In this document: positions 1 to 12,566 of the stretch, one piece after another
Numbering within the stretch: position 1 is the first letter of the stretch
Layout of the letters: every line of letters starts with the position of its first letter
Source of the DNA: Moniliella sp. 'wahieum'
Lineage: Eukaryota
Assembly: GCA_003971905.1 (NCBI GenBank)
Contig: RSEE01000052.1
Span: forward strand, 186,001-250,000
Direction: 5' to 3'
Length of the DNA: 64,000 nucleotides
Program-made: the position numbers and the translations under genes
Notes under the pieces: generated by a model
Told to the model about the DNA's origin: nothing
What the model saw: the letters and a program-made list of their open reading frames with translations, nothing else
Databases searched by the model: none

Positions 1-1465
1 ATGGGCTCCTTGCAAGGCCCTTCATGCGGGTTCGGGGTATCCGGTGTCCATTCTTCGTCGTTCCATCGCTCTTTGCGAGGGCCCGGCGTACCAAACATGT
101 TATCCGAATCGGGGTTGAAGGTCCCATACGTGGACAGTGCCCGGCCTTGAGAATGAGGAAGGTGATACAGCTCCGCCATTTCAGACATAGTCAGTAGACC
201 GTCAGCGGGAGTGGGTAGGCGACAGTTCTTGAGGAGACGGTCGTCGCTACTGCCCTCACCTTCCCCTTGCTCCTCATCGCCACCATCTTCTTGCTCGGTA
301 TCAGCATCGCATCAGTACATTCGCCATACCCTCTGCCGATCGTTTAGCCAACTCGTCGACCGATTGGTGCACCACGGGGATCGTGTGACCTCCTCTACTC
401 CCGTCGGCGTAGGCTTTTGTCCCGTCAACAGCCCATACGTCATGGAGTCCGGTTGATCATTAAAATCGCCAGCAAAGATGACGGGCCAATCATGGAAGAC
501 GGGATTGCTTTTGCGGAAGGCATCAATCTCCCGCACAATCGCCCCGACCTGCCGAGCGCGCTCGTACCCATGCATCGGATGCCAAAAGAGATGGGTAGTG
601 ACGACAATCACGCCCCCTCCTCCCACTAGAGGCAGAGCGGCGAAAAGAGCAATGTTGCGCGTGATCCGGGAGCAGGCGCGGCGTGCAGCACGTGTGGTAC
701 GCCCCCATCGTTGTTGAGGTACTGTGCCACATCCACCTCATCTAGATAGACAACCTTCTGGGCAGCCGGTTTAGTCTCAAACGAGGGCCCCACATTCTTT
801 TCATCATCAGAAAGTCGGCGCGGATGGGTACGCCAAGCGATCATCAGACCGTGTTGCTTGGCTGCGTAGCCCTTTTCGAACAAATAAGAGTATCCAGCCT
901 TGTCGAGGGTGGCGAAGTGGATGTCGGTACGGTCGACTTCTTGGAAGGCACCGACGTCGAACAGATGGCCGACCAGTTCTGCCTCGAGTCCAGCCTCTCT
1001 ATCTGCCATACGAAGCGCGTCGGATCCAGGAAAGAGCGAGCGACGAACGAGGCCTTGGGCGAGCATGCTGTGCGCGCCAAACCGCAAAAAATGAGTTAGT
1101 CGACTGTGGGGTGTGATCTGCTAAATGCGAAAGACTTACTTCCAGCTGAGGATGCGCAGTGGACGGCCAGGCACGCGCGAGGGTGAGGTGCTAGACGCAG
1201 ACGCGGGCGCAGCGAATGAGAGCGGTTTCCACGGACGGGGGAGGTACAGGCGTGCTCCCGATTTCGCATCGCGCGAAAGAAGCTCGCCTCCATCGTCAGG
1301 CAATTCGCCGAGGGCAGCGCGACGCAATCGGGCGGCGGCAGCGTCAGCGGCTTGGGCTTCTGCCGCACGTTTCGCAGCGCGCGCCTGCCGTTTCGCCTCA
1401 ATCTCTTCGGGTGACGGCCGAGATGTAGGCTTTGATTGCTTCGGTGGCTTGGTGGGGGCGGTCAT
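1..1465 (-). CDS. NGL/CCR4-family (EEP) RNA exonuclease; 3' end runs off the window start; frameshifted
   Basis: Spliced ILSWN-MLAQGL motif (GTAAGT intron ~1069-1140 with CTAAC branch point). Further EEP motifs: FQEVDR, VVTTHLFWHP..YERARQ, WPVIFAGDFNDQP. Confidence 0.85.
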
Positions 1466-2118
1466 GGTGTAGAGAGAACGGGCAGAGCAAAGGAAACGGG
1501 AAAGAGAGAGAGCACGGGTACGGCCCCAAACAGTCGAGGTAAAGATGGTGATGATGGTCGCTGCTGTTGAAAATGAGATGTCAAGACACCGAGGCGGCCT
1601 TCTGATGGTCCATGGCAGATAGCGTGAGTCACTCCAGTCATTCTAGTTAGTCATCGATCATGTATTAGTCGTCACGTGACGCGTCGCGCTGGCGTGGCCC
1701 CTGGAATCTTTCTGGTTTTGGTTTCGGATTGCCTTGCACCGACTTCGAGATCCCCTCGCAATAATCAATTTCATTCGTCTCTGGCAGACGAAGCCAGATA
1801 CACACCATATGCATTTCCAGGTCTAGGTTATATAGCCAACACTCAACAGAAGTTTCCACACCTGCCCCGTTCTGGTGTCAGTTTTGGTGTCACTCCGTGC
1901 ACCTATAAGCGTGAATCCTCGACCATGACTAGTAACTACCCGAGTGTGAGAGTCATCGCATGTGCACGGGTGAGAAAAGGGCCATGTGAGACGGGGGAAG
2001 ATTAGATTGCCAGCATCTCAGGTTCTCATCGACACAAGAGATGGCCACAAGGGAATACTCCCACAAACTTTATGTCGTTTGATTGTCGTCTTGTCTGGAG
2101 ACAGGAGGCGTGGCCTAG

Positions 2119-3264
2119 TTAGGCCTTACCAATCTTCTTCATCTCTGCAAGCATCAGCTCCCCAATCTGGGCCGGCGAGTCGGCAACGATGGCACCAGCT
2201 TTGGTCAGGGCAGCGACCTTAGCTTGGGCAGTACCCTTACCGCCCGAGATAATCGCTCCAGCATGGCCCATTCGGCGGCCGGGAGGGGCAGTGCGGCCAG
2301 CAATAAAGGCAACCACCGGTTTGGGAACCTTCCGCGTCTTATTGTACTGCTCCAGGTACTCCGATGCATCTCTTCTTCATCGTGCCCCCAATCTCGCCAA
2401 TCAGCACAATACCCTCCGTTTCAGGGTCATGGACAAGCAGTTTGACCAGGTCCAGCGACGTCGAGCCAGGGTACGGGTCGCCACCCATGCCCACCACAAT
2501 GCTCTGGCCCAGACCCACATTGGTGGTCTGGTTCACCGCCTCGTACGTCAAGGTGCCGGAGCGTGAGGCGATTCCGATCGTGCCCGGGGTGTGAATGTGA
2601 CCGGGCATGATACCAATCTTGCATCCGCGGGTTGATCACACCAGGGCAGTTGGGGCCAACGAGACCGACTTGCTTGGGAGCGAAGCGCATGCGCAATCCG
2701 AATCTCGTCCCGCTGAGGAATCCCTCGGTAATGGCAACAATGAGAGGGATCTCGTTCTCAATTGCGTCCAACACTGCGGCTGCAGCCGCTGCAGGTGGAA
2801 CATAGACCGCTGTCGCATCCGGCTTGGTTGCCGCCACAGCCTCACGGACCGTCCCGAACACAGGAAGACCAAGATGTGTCGTCCCAGCCTTCTTCGGGTG
2901 CACACCGCCAACGAGTTTCGTGCCGTAGTCCAGGGACTGTTGAGAATGAAAGGTGGCCTGTAAAAAAGGGAGGGTGGAAAGGGTCAGGGATCACAGGTGC
3001 GCCATGAAGATTCACAAGCCAGGCTAAGGATCTTAGCCAAGATGGTACTGCAAGAAAGGGACTGATAGGGACGTACCGTCTTACCAGTAATCCCTGGGTA
3101 AGAACCTTGGAGTCCTTGGTGACCTTGATGTTGGGGATGGTGTCCTCATACGAGGCACGAGACCGCGTCTGGGAAAATCCGCGCACCTGGACCGAAGCCG
3201 CCCGGGTGAAGAGGCGTGGCGCGGCCGCAGTCGCGGTGGCAGTGACAGAGGGAGCAGCAAGCAT
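2119..3264 (-). CDS. LSC1: Succinyl-CoA ligase alpha subunit, mitochondrial
   Basis: [72 protein letters not shown] (phospho-His). Arg/Ala-rich presequence; intron ~2959-3076. Confidence 0.95.
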
Positions 3265-3738
3265 AGCGAAAGCACCAGCGAAAGTGATAGGGAAACAGGA
3301 AGTACGGCCAAAGAGAGGATGGGGTGCGGGAAGGAGGCGGAGGTGTGGCTCCTATAAATGCAGCTGGGCCCGCAGACGGTGGGTGGGCTGAGATTATAAG
3401 GGAAGATATATATGATCGTTGCTGATGCGGCGCCGGCACCGGCACCAGTACCAGCACGAGCGCGCGAGCACATCAGCCAGCATATCAGCAGCCGCGTCAG
3501 CACCAGCACGACCCGACGGAAGGGGAACCGACTGGGGGTGGGTGGGTGGGTGGGCGGGCGAGGCGGGCAAGGCGACGCGGACGAGGCGGCACAGGCAGTA
3601 TAATCCGACAAGCAACGGAGCGCAAGCCAGACCGGGCTCGGCAATGGGGCACTGATGGGGCTCGTCGACATGGCCCATCGATCCTGGATCATTGATCGCT
3701 CAGCCGCTCATTAACATTCACCAATCGACCAAGCCGCA

Positions 3739-3766
3739 TCACGCGTCACGCGTCACGCGTCACGCG
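3739..3766. repeat. (TCACGCG)x4 heptamer tandem repeat
   Basis: Read directly; unit is the palindrome ACGCGT + C. Confidence 0.95.
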
Positions 3767-4714
3767 CACCTGCCTGGCCGGGCGCCCTGGCACAGCGTGG
3801 CCGCATTAGGGTTGACAGTGACAGAGGGCGGGGTATGTGCACGGGCCACACAGCTACTGCCCCCAAGTCCCAGCGCCTCGTCTCCCCACTCGGAGAGGGA
3901 GGCAGGCATCTGTCGGCCCCGCGCTTGTGGCGGCGGCGGCAGCTGGAAGACCCTGGACCAGGCAGACTTCTTCAAGCGGAGGCGGAGGGTGCCGGCTGCA
4001 CCCGCATCAATCTTACCCATTGCGAGAGGCAGGGCGGGGCGAGGGCGCGAGAGAAGGGGGCGTTTCTGTAGCCGCTGGTCTCATGCACTCATGCATCATG
4101 TTGCCTCATTAACTCATTGATCATCGGTCATCGACCATTTGTCACCGATCGTTGATTATTCATATTCAACAATCACCGATCCCCGATCCTCGATCGTCGC
4201 TCTGTTCAACATTTATATCCTCCCTGGGAGTTGGGCTGGGCGCTGGCTGCGCGTCCTGGACCCTCCCGGACCTCCGCCCAACGTCAGCAGGGATGATCAC
4301 AACCATCCCGGCGGAAATGGCCGTCGATGATCGATGATCGGTGGTTGATTCGCTGATGGGGCCTGGGGGAGCAGAGTTTGAACTGTTCAACGTTCAAGCT
4401 TCAAGGAGAGAGGAATGAAATAGGTGGCCAAATCGTTTTCAGGTGCCAATATATGAGTGAGGTGGAATGAAACGGTTGGATGAGTAACCCTTTCGGAAGT
4501 AACCTGGTGAACTCACATTGAGATATGAGAACAGCGTAACATTCCTATTGACATCCAGGCCCTCTCGGAGAAGAGGTCCCAAGGCCGGAAGATACTACAC
4601 TAAGAACCCGTTTGTGGCATGATGCATGATACATGATGCATGAAGAGCTTGAAGCTCTTCTCCAATCGCGGCTCTCGTCCTCTGTCTCATGTGGTACTGC
4701 AGCTCATTAATCGA

Positions 4715-4748
4715 TAGTTACTAGTTACTAGTTACTAGTTACTAGTCA
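4715..4748. repeat. (TAGTTAC)x4 + TAGTCA heptamer tandem repeat
   Basis: Read directly; unit is the palindrome ACTAGT + T. Confidence 0.95.
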
Positions 4749-5662
4749 TTGAGCTCCCGGACCCGTTTCGTACCATCACACAGCCAGCCCCCAAGCTCCA
4801 CGGCGCGCTCCGGCGTAGAGCGGAACTTTTTTGCATCTTGATGTGTGACATTGACGCGTGACGTGTGGGACCGCAGTGAGATTGAGAGGCCGGTGAGAAT
4901 CTGAGAAAGCTCTGAGAATGTAGAAGTCTCTATAAGCTCGAAGGACCTAAGGCCTAATATATAATACTGCACCAGCCGACACCTGCGAAACTCCTTCACA
5001 TCTTCTCTGTCGGCTCCCGCGAGCTTATAGGCAATACACATCGGCAGTGCATGAGATTTGGAATCGTCTCTGGCGCCATCCCACGGTCACGTGACCCTGC
5101 CCGCCTGTCGGTGGAACGGCAATTAATTAATTACCCCACACGCCACCATCCATGCGTGCCTCTCCTTGACTCAGATGCTCTTACGCGTTACGCTCCATCG
5201 CATCATGCCCTCTCGATCGCATTTTGACAGCTTCATCCTCGTTGCCATTGATCTTCGATCTCCTACTATACTCGTCCTGGCGCTGATATTTCATCTGGAT
5301 AAACAGAGCTGATCGTCTCCAACGTCGCCGCCGAGGCTGAGGCGCTGAGGCCTGAGGGCGTCAGAAGAGACGCGTCCTGTGGTAAACCTGCGTGAGCTTT
5401 GTGTGAGTTTTATGACACACTTGGCATCGCGAGTACATCCCCAAGTATATCATACGTGTAATATACACATAGCATACGCACCGCATTTCCTCAATCAAAC
5501 TATGGTTTCCCTCCAGGTGACTCAACCTACCCCACAGAAGCCCCACGAGAACGGCGCGGGAGGCAAAAAGCGTAATACATGATGCTGGCTGCCATAGTCA
5601 GCACAACCCAAAGTTAAGCATTTTCTTCATTTTATCTCTACACTGCATGTCATTCACATAGC

Positions 5663-6341
5663 TTAAGACAGTATTAAGAGACGAAGAAACGCTGTGCCTA
5701 AACCGACCCGTTCATCCGGCGTGTGTTTTGCTTGTTTTAGTGTCAACCCCGTTTAGGAAACCAGGGGAATCGCCGGTAGATCAGGTCCCTCTGTGGTGCC
5801 CACCTTCTGTTTCCATAACCCGAGAGGTAGGTGGTGGATACGGATGGACGTGGAAAACATCCGAGCGCCGGTGAACGTTGAACGTTGAACCATATCCATT
5901 GTGAGACTCAGTAGGTAATAATTGTTTCTAGTGCCCAAACATCTTTTGTTCGCCGTCTTGGTGGCATAGTAGTATTATCCACGCGTCGTCAGAGCCAAAC
6001 TAAGGGAAGAAGGGTTATTGGGTGCGTCCCTGGTACTTGGCCTTCTTTTGTCGCATTCTGCTGGTTCCAACAGCCGAAGCAATTCCTTCTCCTGGTGTTC
6101 CACAAAGGTGTCGCGGTGCTCTTGTGTGCACCACCCTCTCGTACGCAGGCATCGCCTCCCGCGCGCCCGAGTCCTGCAACGTGTGATCCACCTACATTTC
6201 TGATCGAATGCTCCAAGACCAATCACACCGTAGTCAGAACGCATCGCATTCCTCCCACACGCCCCGTCCCATCCTCTCCCTCACCACAGTCGGTTGTTGA
6301 TGTGGGCGTTGGAGATGGAGCGCACCAGCTATGGCGAATTA
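5663..6341 (-). mobile_element. Degenerate 5'-truncated copy of the CRE-like non-LTR retrotransposon (copy A)
   Basis: Aligns by eye to 42200-42823. Peptide remnants RSDYGVIG, EKELLRLLEPAEC, LTTRG, EGPDLPAIPLV; matching 3' UTR (gatgaacgggtcggtttagg...tcttaa). Confidence 0.85.
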
Positions 6342-9059
6342 ACAGGAGATGGAGATGGGGGAAAGGTAGAGAAGAGATCATAATCGAGCGGCAGGGAGCG
6401 AGGTATATATACCTCGGAGAAGAGGAGGACAAGTGAGCTGAGTCACACGGAGAAAACAAAGGGGAGCATATAGACCAAAAGGGGAAACAGGGTCTAGAAC
6501 AAAACAGGTCCAGTCAATCTGGTAACCATCGGTGACCAGGTGGGTCTGATCCCGACACGAATGGACTCCCACACTGTGTCTCGTGCAGTTCTATCTTATA
6601 GGCTGCGTAACCCCTCCATCAGTTATCCTTTTTCTTACCCGGGGGTGCATTCTGCACCAGAAGGATCATCATATGCGCATCACAGGATTACGCTCATGGC
6701 CACCACAGACATCCGCGGTGGCGTGTCAGACCTGGGCTCTATCAACTTGGGCTACGTTTTTCTCTCACGACTAAGCAGAGAAAGCTGGTGTATACATACT
6801 AATAGACCCGATGTAACAATCAGTAACAGGAAAAAGAGTACTATGGTACTAATACTAATAACTTCTCGGTGCACTTTCCCCGATTCGGTGGGCATGCCAA
6901 GGCAACAAACGACAAACGTTGGATCATTAGCCTGTGGTGGGGGAGGTGTGTTTCCTCTGTTCCTGCATATACGAAGCTTCCCAAATGATACCAATAAATA
7001 TGATGGATTAGAGCAGTGTAAAGATGAATGATGTGTTCGTGTAGACGTGAAATATCGACGGAACCAGTAGTGTAGGAGGACATGACCATGTCGAAAAGAG
7101 GGGCCGTTTCCACTGTTGGTATTTTCACTCAAGACGTTGGAAATATGATACGGTTGAATGAGGGACGGCCACTACTGATAAAAGCATGAGCCACACTAGC
7201 CCCCAGCCACGGTAGAGACTGTGCCCCAGCCCTCTTCCCCTCATAATGACGAGGCAGTTCCACAGCCCAGTGTAGGGCCCTGCAGTGCGAAGCAAGACCG
7301 CCTTGGGGGCAGGCGGAGTAGCCACTCCTTCCACCCAATGCCCGGGCGGAGCGGGGATGCCTCTCCCTCCACACCCGTGGTAAGGTCCAACTCGGTTTCG
7401 CTTCCGCTTTCGTCCCCTTCGATGCGACACATCTGAAGGGCTCCTCTTCTGGGTCCGGGGCCCCCTGACTCGCCAATGATACTATCGCGGTCTCCAAGGG
7501 CGGGATGATAGCCTAAAGAAATAAGGTGTCGACACGGGCACGAAAAACGAGAAAAGAAACACATGTATCGCCCAACGCGGACGCGCTGCCCAGGGCAACG
7601 TCCAGAGGAATAGGGCCGTTTGACTTCCTTCTCCGTTAGTATTAGCAGTTTTAGGATCTTCCATGGAGTACGAACATGCAGGGCATGAGTGGAGAGATAG
7701 GCGCTGGTGATCACTTGTCTGTCTCAGCGGCTGTGTTGAAGGGGAGAGGGGGTGACGTACCGCGTCACGATAATACTGATTGGGAGCAAGGCCAAGTTGA
7801 AAAAGGCCACGCTCACGGTAATACGAAACGGAAGAGATGAATCAACAAACATGAGCTCATGCCATCGTTCCATTTCCGTTTGGATCTTCATTTTCATGGA
7901 CGTCGACCACATGAATAGGACCCGATCTCGTGAACCATTGGGAATCTCTTCTCCAGACACGGCATAGGGCCAGAGGGTCTCGTTGATTCGGGATGCTGTC
8001 AACATGGAACTGACTGGGGCGATGCCATTTGAATCAAACAAACACATGGTCGTATTGGGGAGGAATGTAGCGACTAGGATGGCGTTAAGCTCGGGTAGAG
8101 TGATGTTCGTGGTGAGGTTGGTGAAGTTACTCGGCATAGTTAGGGAGCTGAAAGAGGCGTCGAGTCAGCAAGGTGTCGCATAGCAAAAGCTGTGCGACTA
8201 ATTTCCAGAAGAGGCCAAGGAGTAAGGCGCACAGTGTCCACAACTGTGCACCCCGCGTACCTCGGAGGGTCGGAGCTGGGGCCTTTGCAAGCAGGCAGCC
8301 ACCCAAACTAGAGGGTCTCTCCCCTCGCTCTACACCCGCTCGGTCCAACCACATGATCTGAAGCAGGGCCTAACGTACGTATGGCTTCAATTGGCCGTCC
8401 AAAAGGGTCTGTACCCCTAAACTACAAGGGTGGGTCTCACCTCGGGACTTCCCCCATGACATGTGAGTTTAGGCGCAGCGTTTCTTTTTTGCAGCCTCAA
8501 GTTCTCTATCAATGATATGGTTACAATACTATAGAGATACGTGTTGGTGTGATCAGCATCTCGATGCGCCCTGCAAGCCCCCCTCCCCTCGGGGAGTGGC
8601 AGCAAACGGTGCCCCCCCGCAAATGCCAGTACCACCAAATTGCGACCCGCAATGTGTGGGTTCCATTAAGAGATGGAGTAATACCGCAAATGCTGTATTG
8701 GACCGAACCCTCTACGGATGCTAGGCTCTAAAATAACAAAGGCTTGTCCTACTCTCCCAGTGTGAAATGGCACCGGCGAAGACGTCTCGCCATAATATGG
8801 CCACAAAAGATACATCGTACAGATATGCGTGGACTGGTTCCAAGTCGTCCGCACAACCCTCACACTCAGTCTGGGTCGTTACCACAAGAATCATAACCGT
8901 AATCACCACTTCTGAAAGTGTATAGGTCGATGTCCAGGTTCATAACTGCTCCGAGAATAAAGTGTACAATTCTATGTGTTGTGTATACTTGAAGCATTGC
9001 TCGGGATTCTGCTATCTCTTTCGGAGTGTCTGTCAGGTAATTGAGCCTGTAAGCGCAAC

Positions 9060-9145
9060 GGGCGGATAGCTCAGTTGGTAGAGCGCACGCTTTGCATCAT
9101 TCTTGCAGCTGTGTGAGGTCTGGGGTTCGATTCCCTATTCGTCCA
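9060..9145 (+). tRNA. tRNA-Ala(TGC) with 13-nt intron (9097-9109)
   Basis: Acceptor stem GGGCGGA/TTCGTCC with the G3:U70 Ala identity pair; D arm GCTC-AGTTGGTA-GAGC; anticodon arm CACGC-TTTGCA^T-GTGTG; T arm TGGGG-TTCGATT-CCCTA; intron at canonical 37/38. Confidence 0.96.
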
Positions 9146-9146
9146 A

Positions 9147-9154
9147 TTTTTTTT
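9147..9154 (+). terminator. RNA polymerase III terminator (T8)
   Basis: Run of 8 T directly after the tRNA 3' end. Confidence 0.85.
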
Positions 9155-9684
9155 GAAAGGCCCGACAACAGTCCGAGTCGTAGCAACACAACGCACTTGA
9201 AATGGCGGGATAAGGACGGCTGGTATCGGCTGGGCAACACGAATTGCTAGATGCACGTTTTGCTTGTACGGGCAGATGGAAGCCTAGGGGCTTAAAAGTG
9301 AGCGAGATAGGGCAGGGCGCAATGAGGGGCACAGGCTGCGCTGCTGCTGGCTGCCACATGGGAACGAGGACGTCTCCTTCGGGCACGGGGGCTGTGCATG
9401 CCGTTGGACAGCAAATGAAATTGCATCGATTCATGTGGGGCCTTGTAGGTCTATAGCCACTGGCCCCACTATAGCAACGATGGGCACAGCCGTACCAAAG
9501 CATAAGATGGACACTGCTCCTATATACGGCACCGTCGCCCCACCGGCTGCTCTGCTCTGCCCTGCTGCTTCCCCCCTGCCCCTGGCCTGGCAGCAGAGGC
9601 TTCCATGTCGTCTGCTTCATTTGCCTGGCCGCCTCTTTTCCCCTCGTCGCGTCAACGTCGTCTACGCTTCCCGTCACCCACAGC

Positions 9685-11243
9685 ATGCACCCATCACGAA
9701 AACGCAGCGTCCGCATCCTTTCTCCTCAGCCCCACCCCGAGGCTCAGTGCCAGCTCTTGACGCCCGCCGCCACCCCGACCGGGCTCAAACATCCTCCACT
9801 CACCCAGCCCTCCCGCCTGCGCCAGACCTCGTCCGTCTCCCGCGCTCCCATCCCATCGACCTTTCACGACGAGCTCGTCTCCGACTCGTCCTCTCTTCTT
9901 CTTTCCCCCTCCCAAAGCAGAGACAGCCCGCAGGACAGCCCCGCACCACCATCCGCACCCGCACCTACTCCGTCCACTCCGGCACCAGGCCAGCCTCGCC
10001 CCCCCCTCCCCCCTCATCGCCCCATCCCCCCAACTACATATCTCAGTTAGCGCGCAGCTCAACCCTGCCCTCCACTCCCCCTGTTCGTCCCCTCGACCTA
10101 CAGATACGGCATCCCACTGGCTCTCCCCGTCGTACCCAGCCCCATCCCCGCGCTCCAGTTTACGTGAAACTTCTGTGTGCGCACGTCTTTCTTGGGAGCA
10201 GTCTCCCCCTTCGCCCTCGCCGGCGCCCCCTCTGCCCTCCAGGCAAGGTTAGGACCTCCTCGCACCACGCTCTCTCGGTTCCGCCGAGCCCATTGCACCG
10301 ACAACAATCGGACGGATTGCTAGCCCGCCCCACCAGGGGTATACTAGCTCGCCATGCTTCCGAACGCAGTCTGTCTCTTCGTCTCGTCTCCCTCCCGCAG
10401 CGTCCCTGCCGCCTGAAACTGCATATGCACAACCTAACCGACGCGTTGGCTCGAGTGGGTCAGACCGGTCCCGAAAGCTACTTTCCACCGCCGCCCAATT
10501 GGCTGACAATGTAGAGCGCATGAACGCGGCCTTGCGCCAAATCCGTGACCAAGTGGTGGAATGGGGGTGGAACAGGACCTCGATTCGCCCGCTTTGGGTG
10601 AGAGAAGCAGCTTACCCGCCCGGGATGGGCAAGGGACCGTGCCGGAGCACAGGAGGGGCATCGCCTGCATGTTCTGGCAACAGATTTGACCCGTTTGGTG
10701 CAATGGAGCGATGACCAAGCGCGTCTCGTGACGCAAACCTTCCTCATGCTTGCACCGTCCCTTACGTCGTCGACTTCAGCACCTACTTTGGCATCCGGAT
10801 TGACGGCTGCTACACCGGGGACCTCATCTGGTTCGGCATCGGGATCGACGTCTGGATCGACGTTGCCATCGACGACCGCATCAGTGCTGGAACCGGAACC
10901 CTGTTGTCCTGTAGCTACGGTACCTGTGGAGGTGCCCACAGACAAACCTGTTGACGAACCTGTGGATCCTGCAGCCTATCCCGTATCACAGGACCAGTTG
11001 CCCCCACCTCCGTCCCTGCGGCCGCCTCCACTCCCAATGACTCCGCTCTGCCCCGCACGACCTGAAAGTGCCTGGCGCACTCGTCAGCGACTCCGGAAAC
11101 AAAGTACTCCTTCAGTCAGACCACCCACCATGCCGACCATGCCGACCACACCCACCCCGTCTGCTACGCCTTGGCCAGTGCGCCCACGCCGGGTCTCCGC
11201 CCACTTGGGGACACCAAGACTATGGACAGCTGGGTTTGGGTGA
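9685..11243 (+). CDS. Hypothetical Pro/Ser-rich protein, frameshifted, no domain recognised
   Basis: Chain of overlapping + ORFs (9685, 9435, 10499, 10686) with coding-like composition; a central ordered segment (ERMNAALRQIRDQVVEWGW). Confidence 0.4.
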
Positions 11244-11319
11244 GTAGAACCCATGAGACTGATGGACATGGGTTGATGTGCCACATGGGCTACACGGTTG
11301 ACGCGGTGGATCATAGATG

Positions 11320-11642
11320 CTAGACATGCACAGATCGACAAGATCGGACTACGCCACCGTCTTCTTGTTCAGCAGCCTTGGCCAGCGCTTCAGCGACGGG
11401 TTTCTGTAGTAAAAGGTCAGGCTGACATGTAGTTAAATGCAAACCAAGGGGGGGAGTAGCGGCAGGTGGAGACGTACAGGATCGGTAGAGTGGCCTTGCT
11501 TCCAGTCCTGGTACTTGAGGTTCATCTCACCACGCCGGGCGGCCTTGACCCGCAGCTCGGGCTTGAGGGCAGCACGCACCGCCGATGCGGCGACGGATGC
11601 GTACCGGTTGTACGACATGACAGCCTTCCAGGGCGCAGACAT
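11320..11642 (-). CDS. ATP15: Mitochondrial F1 ATP synthase epsilon subunit
   Basis: MSAPWKAVMSYNRYASVAASAVRAALKPELRVKAARRGEMNLKYQDWKQG; intron 11404-11477 (GTACGT..CTGAC..CAG). Confidence 0.92.
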
Positions 11643-12006
11643 GGCAAAGACTTGGTGGGCGGACCGGACGCATCCACCTGTGGTGTGGCTGGGTCAAGAA
11701 CGCAGCCCCGGTCTGGCAGGGGAGGGCTGGGCAGGCCCCACACTGCCCAAGTGCGCGCATGCGCCGCCAGCAGGGGATTATTAAAGCGCGTAGGGTTGTG
11801 GGTTGGTGGATGCCCGTCTGCGTTGGGCGGTACGGCGTTGTGGCATTTGCGGCAATTAGTCTGGTGCCAGCTCCCTCTCTGAGAGGCAGACGGGTGGCCC
11901 GATATACATATCGGTGCTGAGTACGCCGAGTCCTGAGTCTCCGCAGATCTCAGTCCAACTCAATCCAACTCCAGCCGCCGGGTTGTCTGCCGTTTGGTGT
12001 GGTAAC

Positions 12007-12566
12007 ATGATTGAGAAGGCTGTCCACATTGCTGCCGCCGGCCTGGGCCTGACGGCGGTCGCTGCCGGCGCGTATGGCTCCCACGGCCTGCACGGCGTCG
12101 ACGAGCACTGTACGCACCCTTCTTTTCCCCCTCCTCTCGGCCTGCCCTAACCACGATCCCTACCCCCCTCCTGACGACAGGGCAATCGCTGGAAGACCGC
12201 GGCGCAGTACCACCTCACGCACTCGGTCGTGCTCTTGGGCCTCGCCCATTCCGGTGCAACCGCCACGCGCGCGGGCAAGGTGGCCTCCTGCCTGTTCACA
12301 CTTGGCATCTTCGGCTTTAGCGGCTCCATTACGCCGCGTCTTGACCCTCGACTCGCACCCCGACTGGAGTCCCACGTTTGCCAGCATCACACCCAAGGGC
12401 TGTTGCGCTGTTGCTTGCCTGGGCTGCCGTCGGCTTTGTCTCGCCGCGATCGCTGGCGCTTGCGCGTGCAGCAGCGCTGGCTAAGGCTGTGCCAAAGTGA
12501 GCAAATGCATTGACAGGTGCGGATGGCGGCGGGTGCCTTGGTTGGGACGCTCCTTCATTGTATTAG
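12007..12566 (+). CDS. TMEM256/DUF423 (YgdD-like) small membrane protein
   Basis: GLTAVAAGAYGSHGL, WKTAAQYHLTHS, GIFGFSGSI, ITPKG; first intron ~12110-12180. End approximate. Confidence 0.85.

Noticed and set aside
4715..4748. CRISPR array or telomeric repeat interpretation of the short tandem arrays
   Set aside because: No unique spacers, no cas genes, eukaryotic context; the units are not TTAGGG-like.
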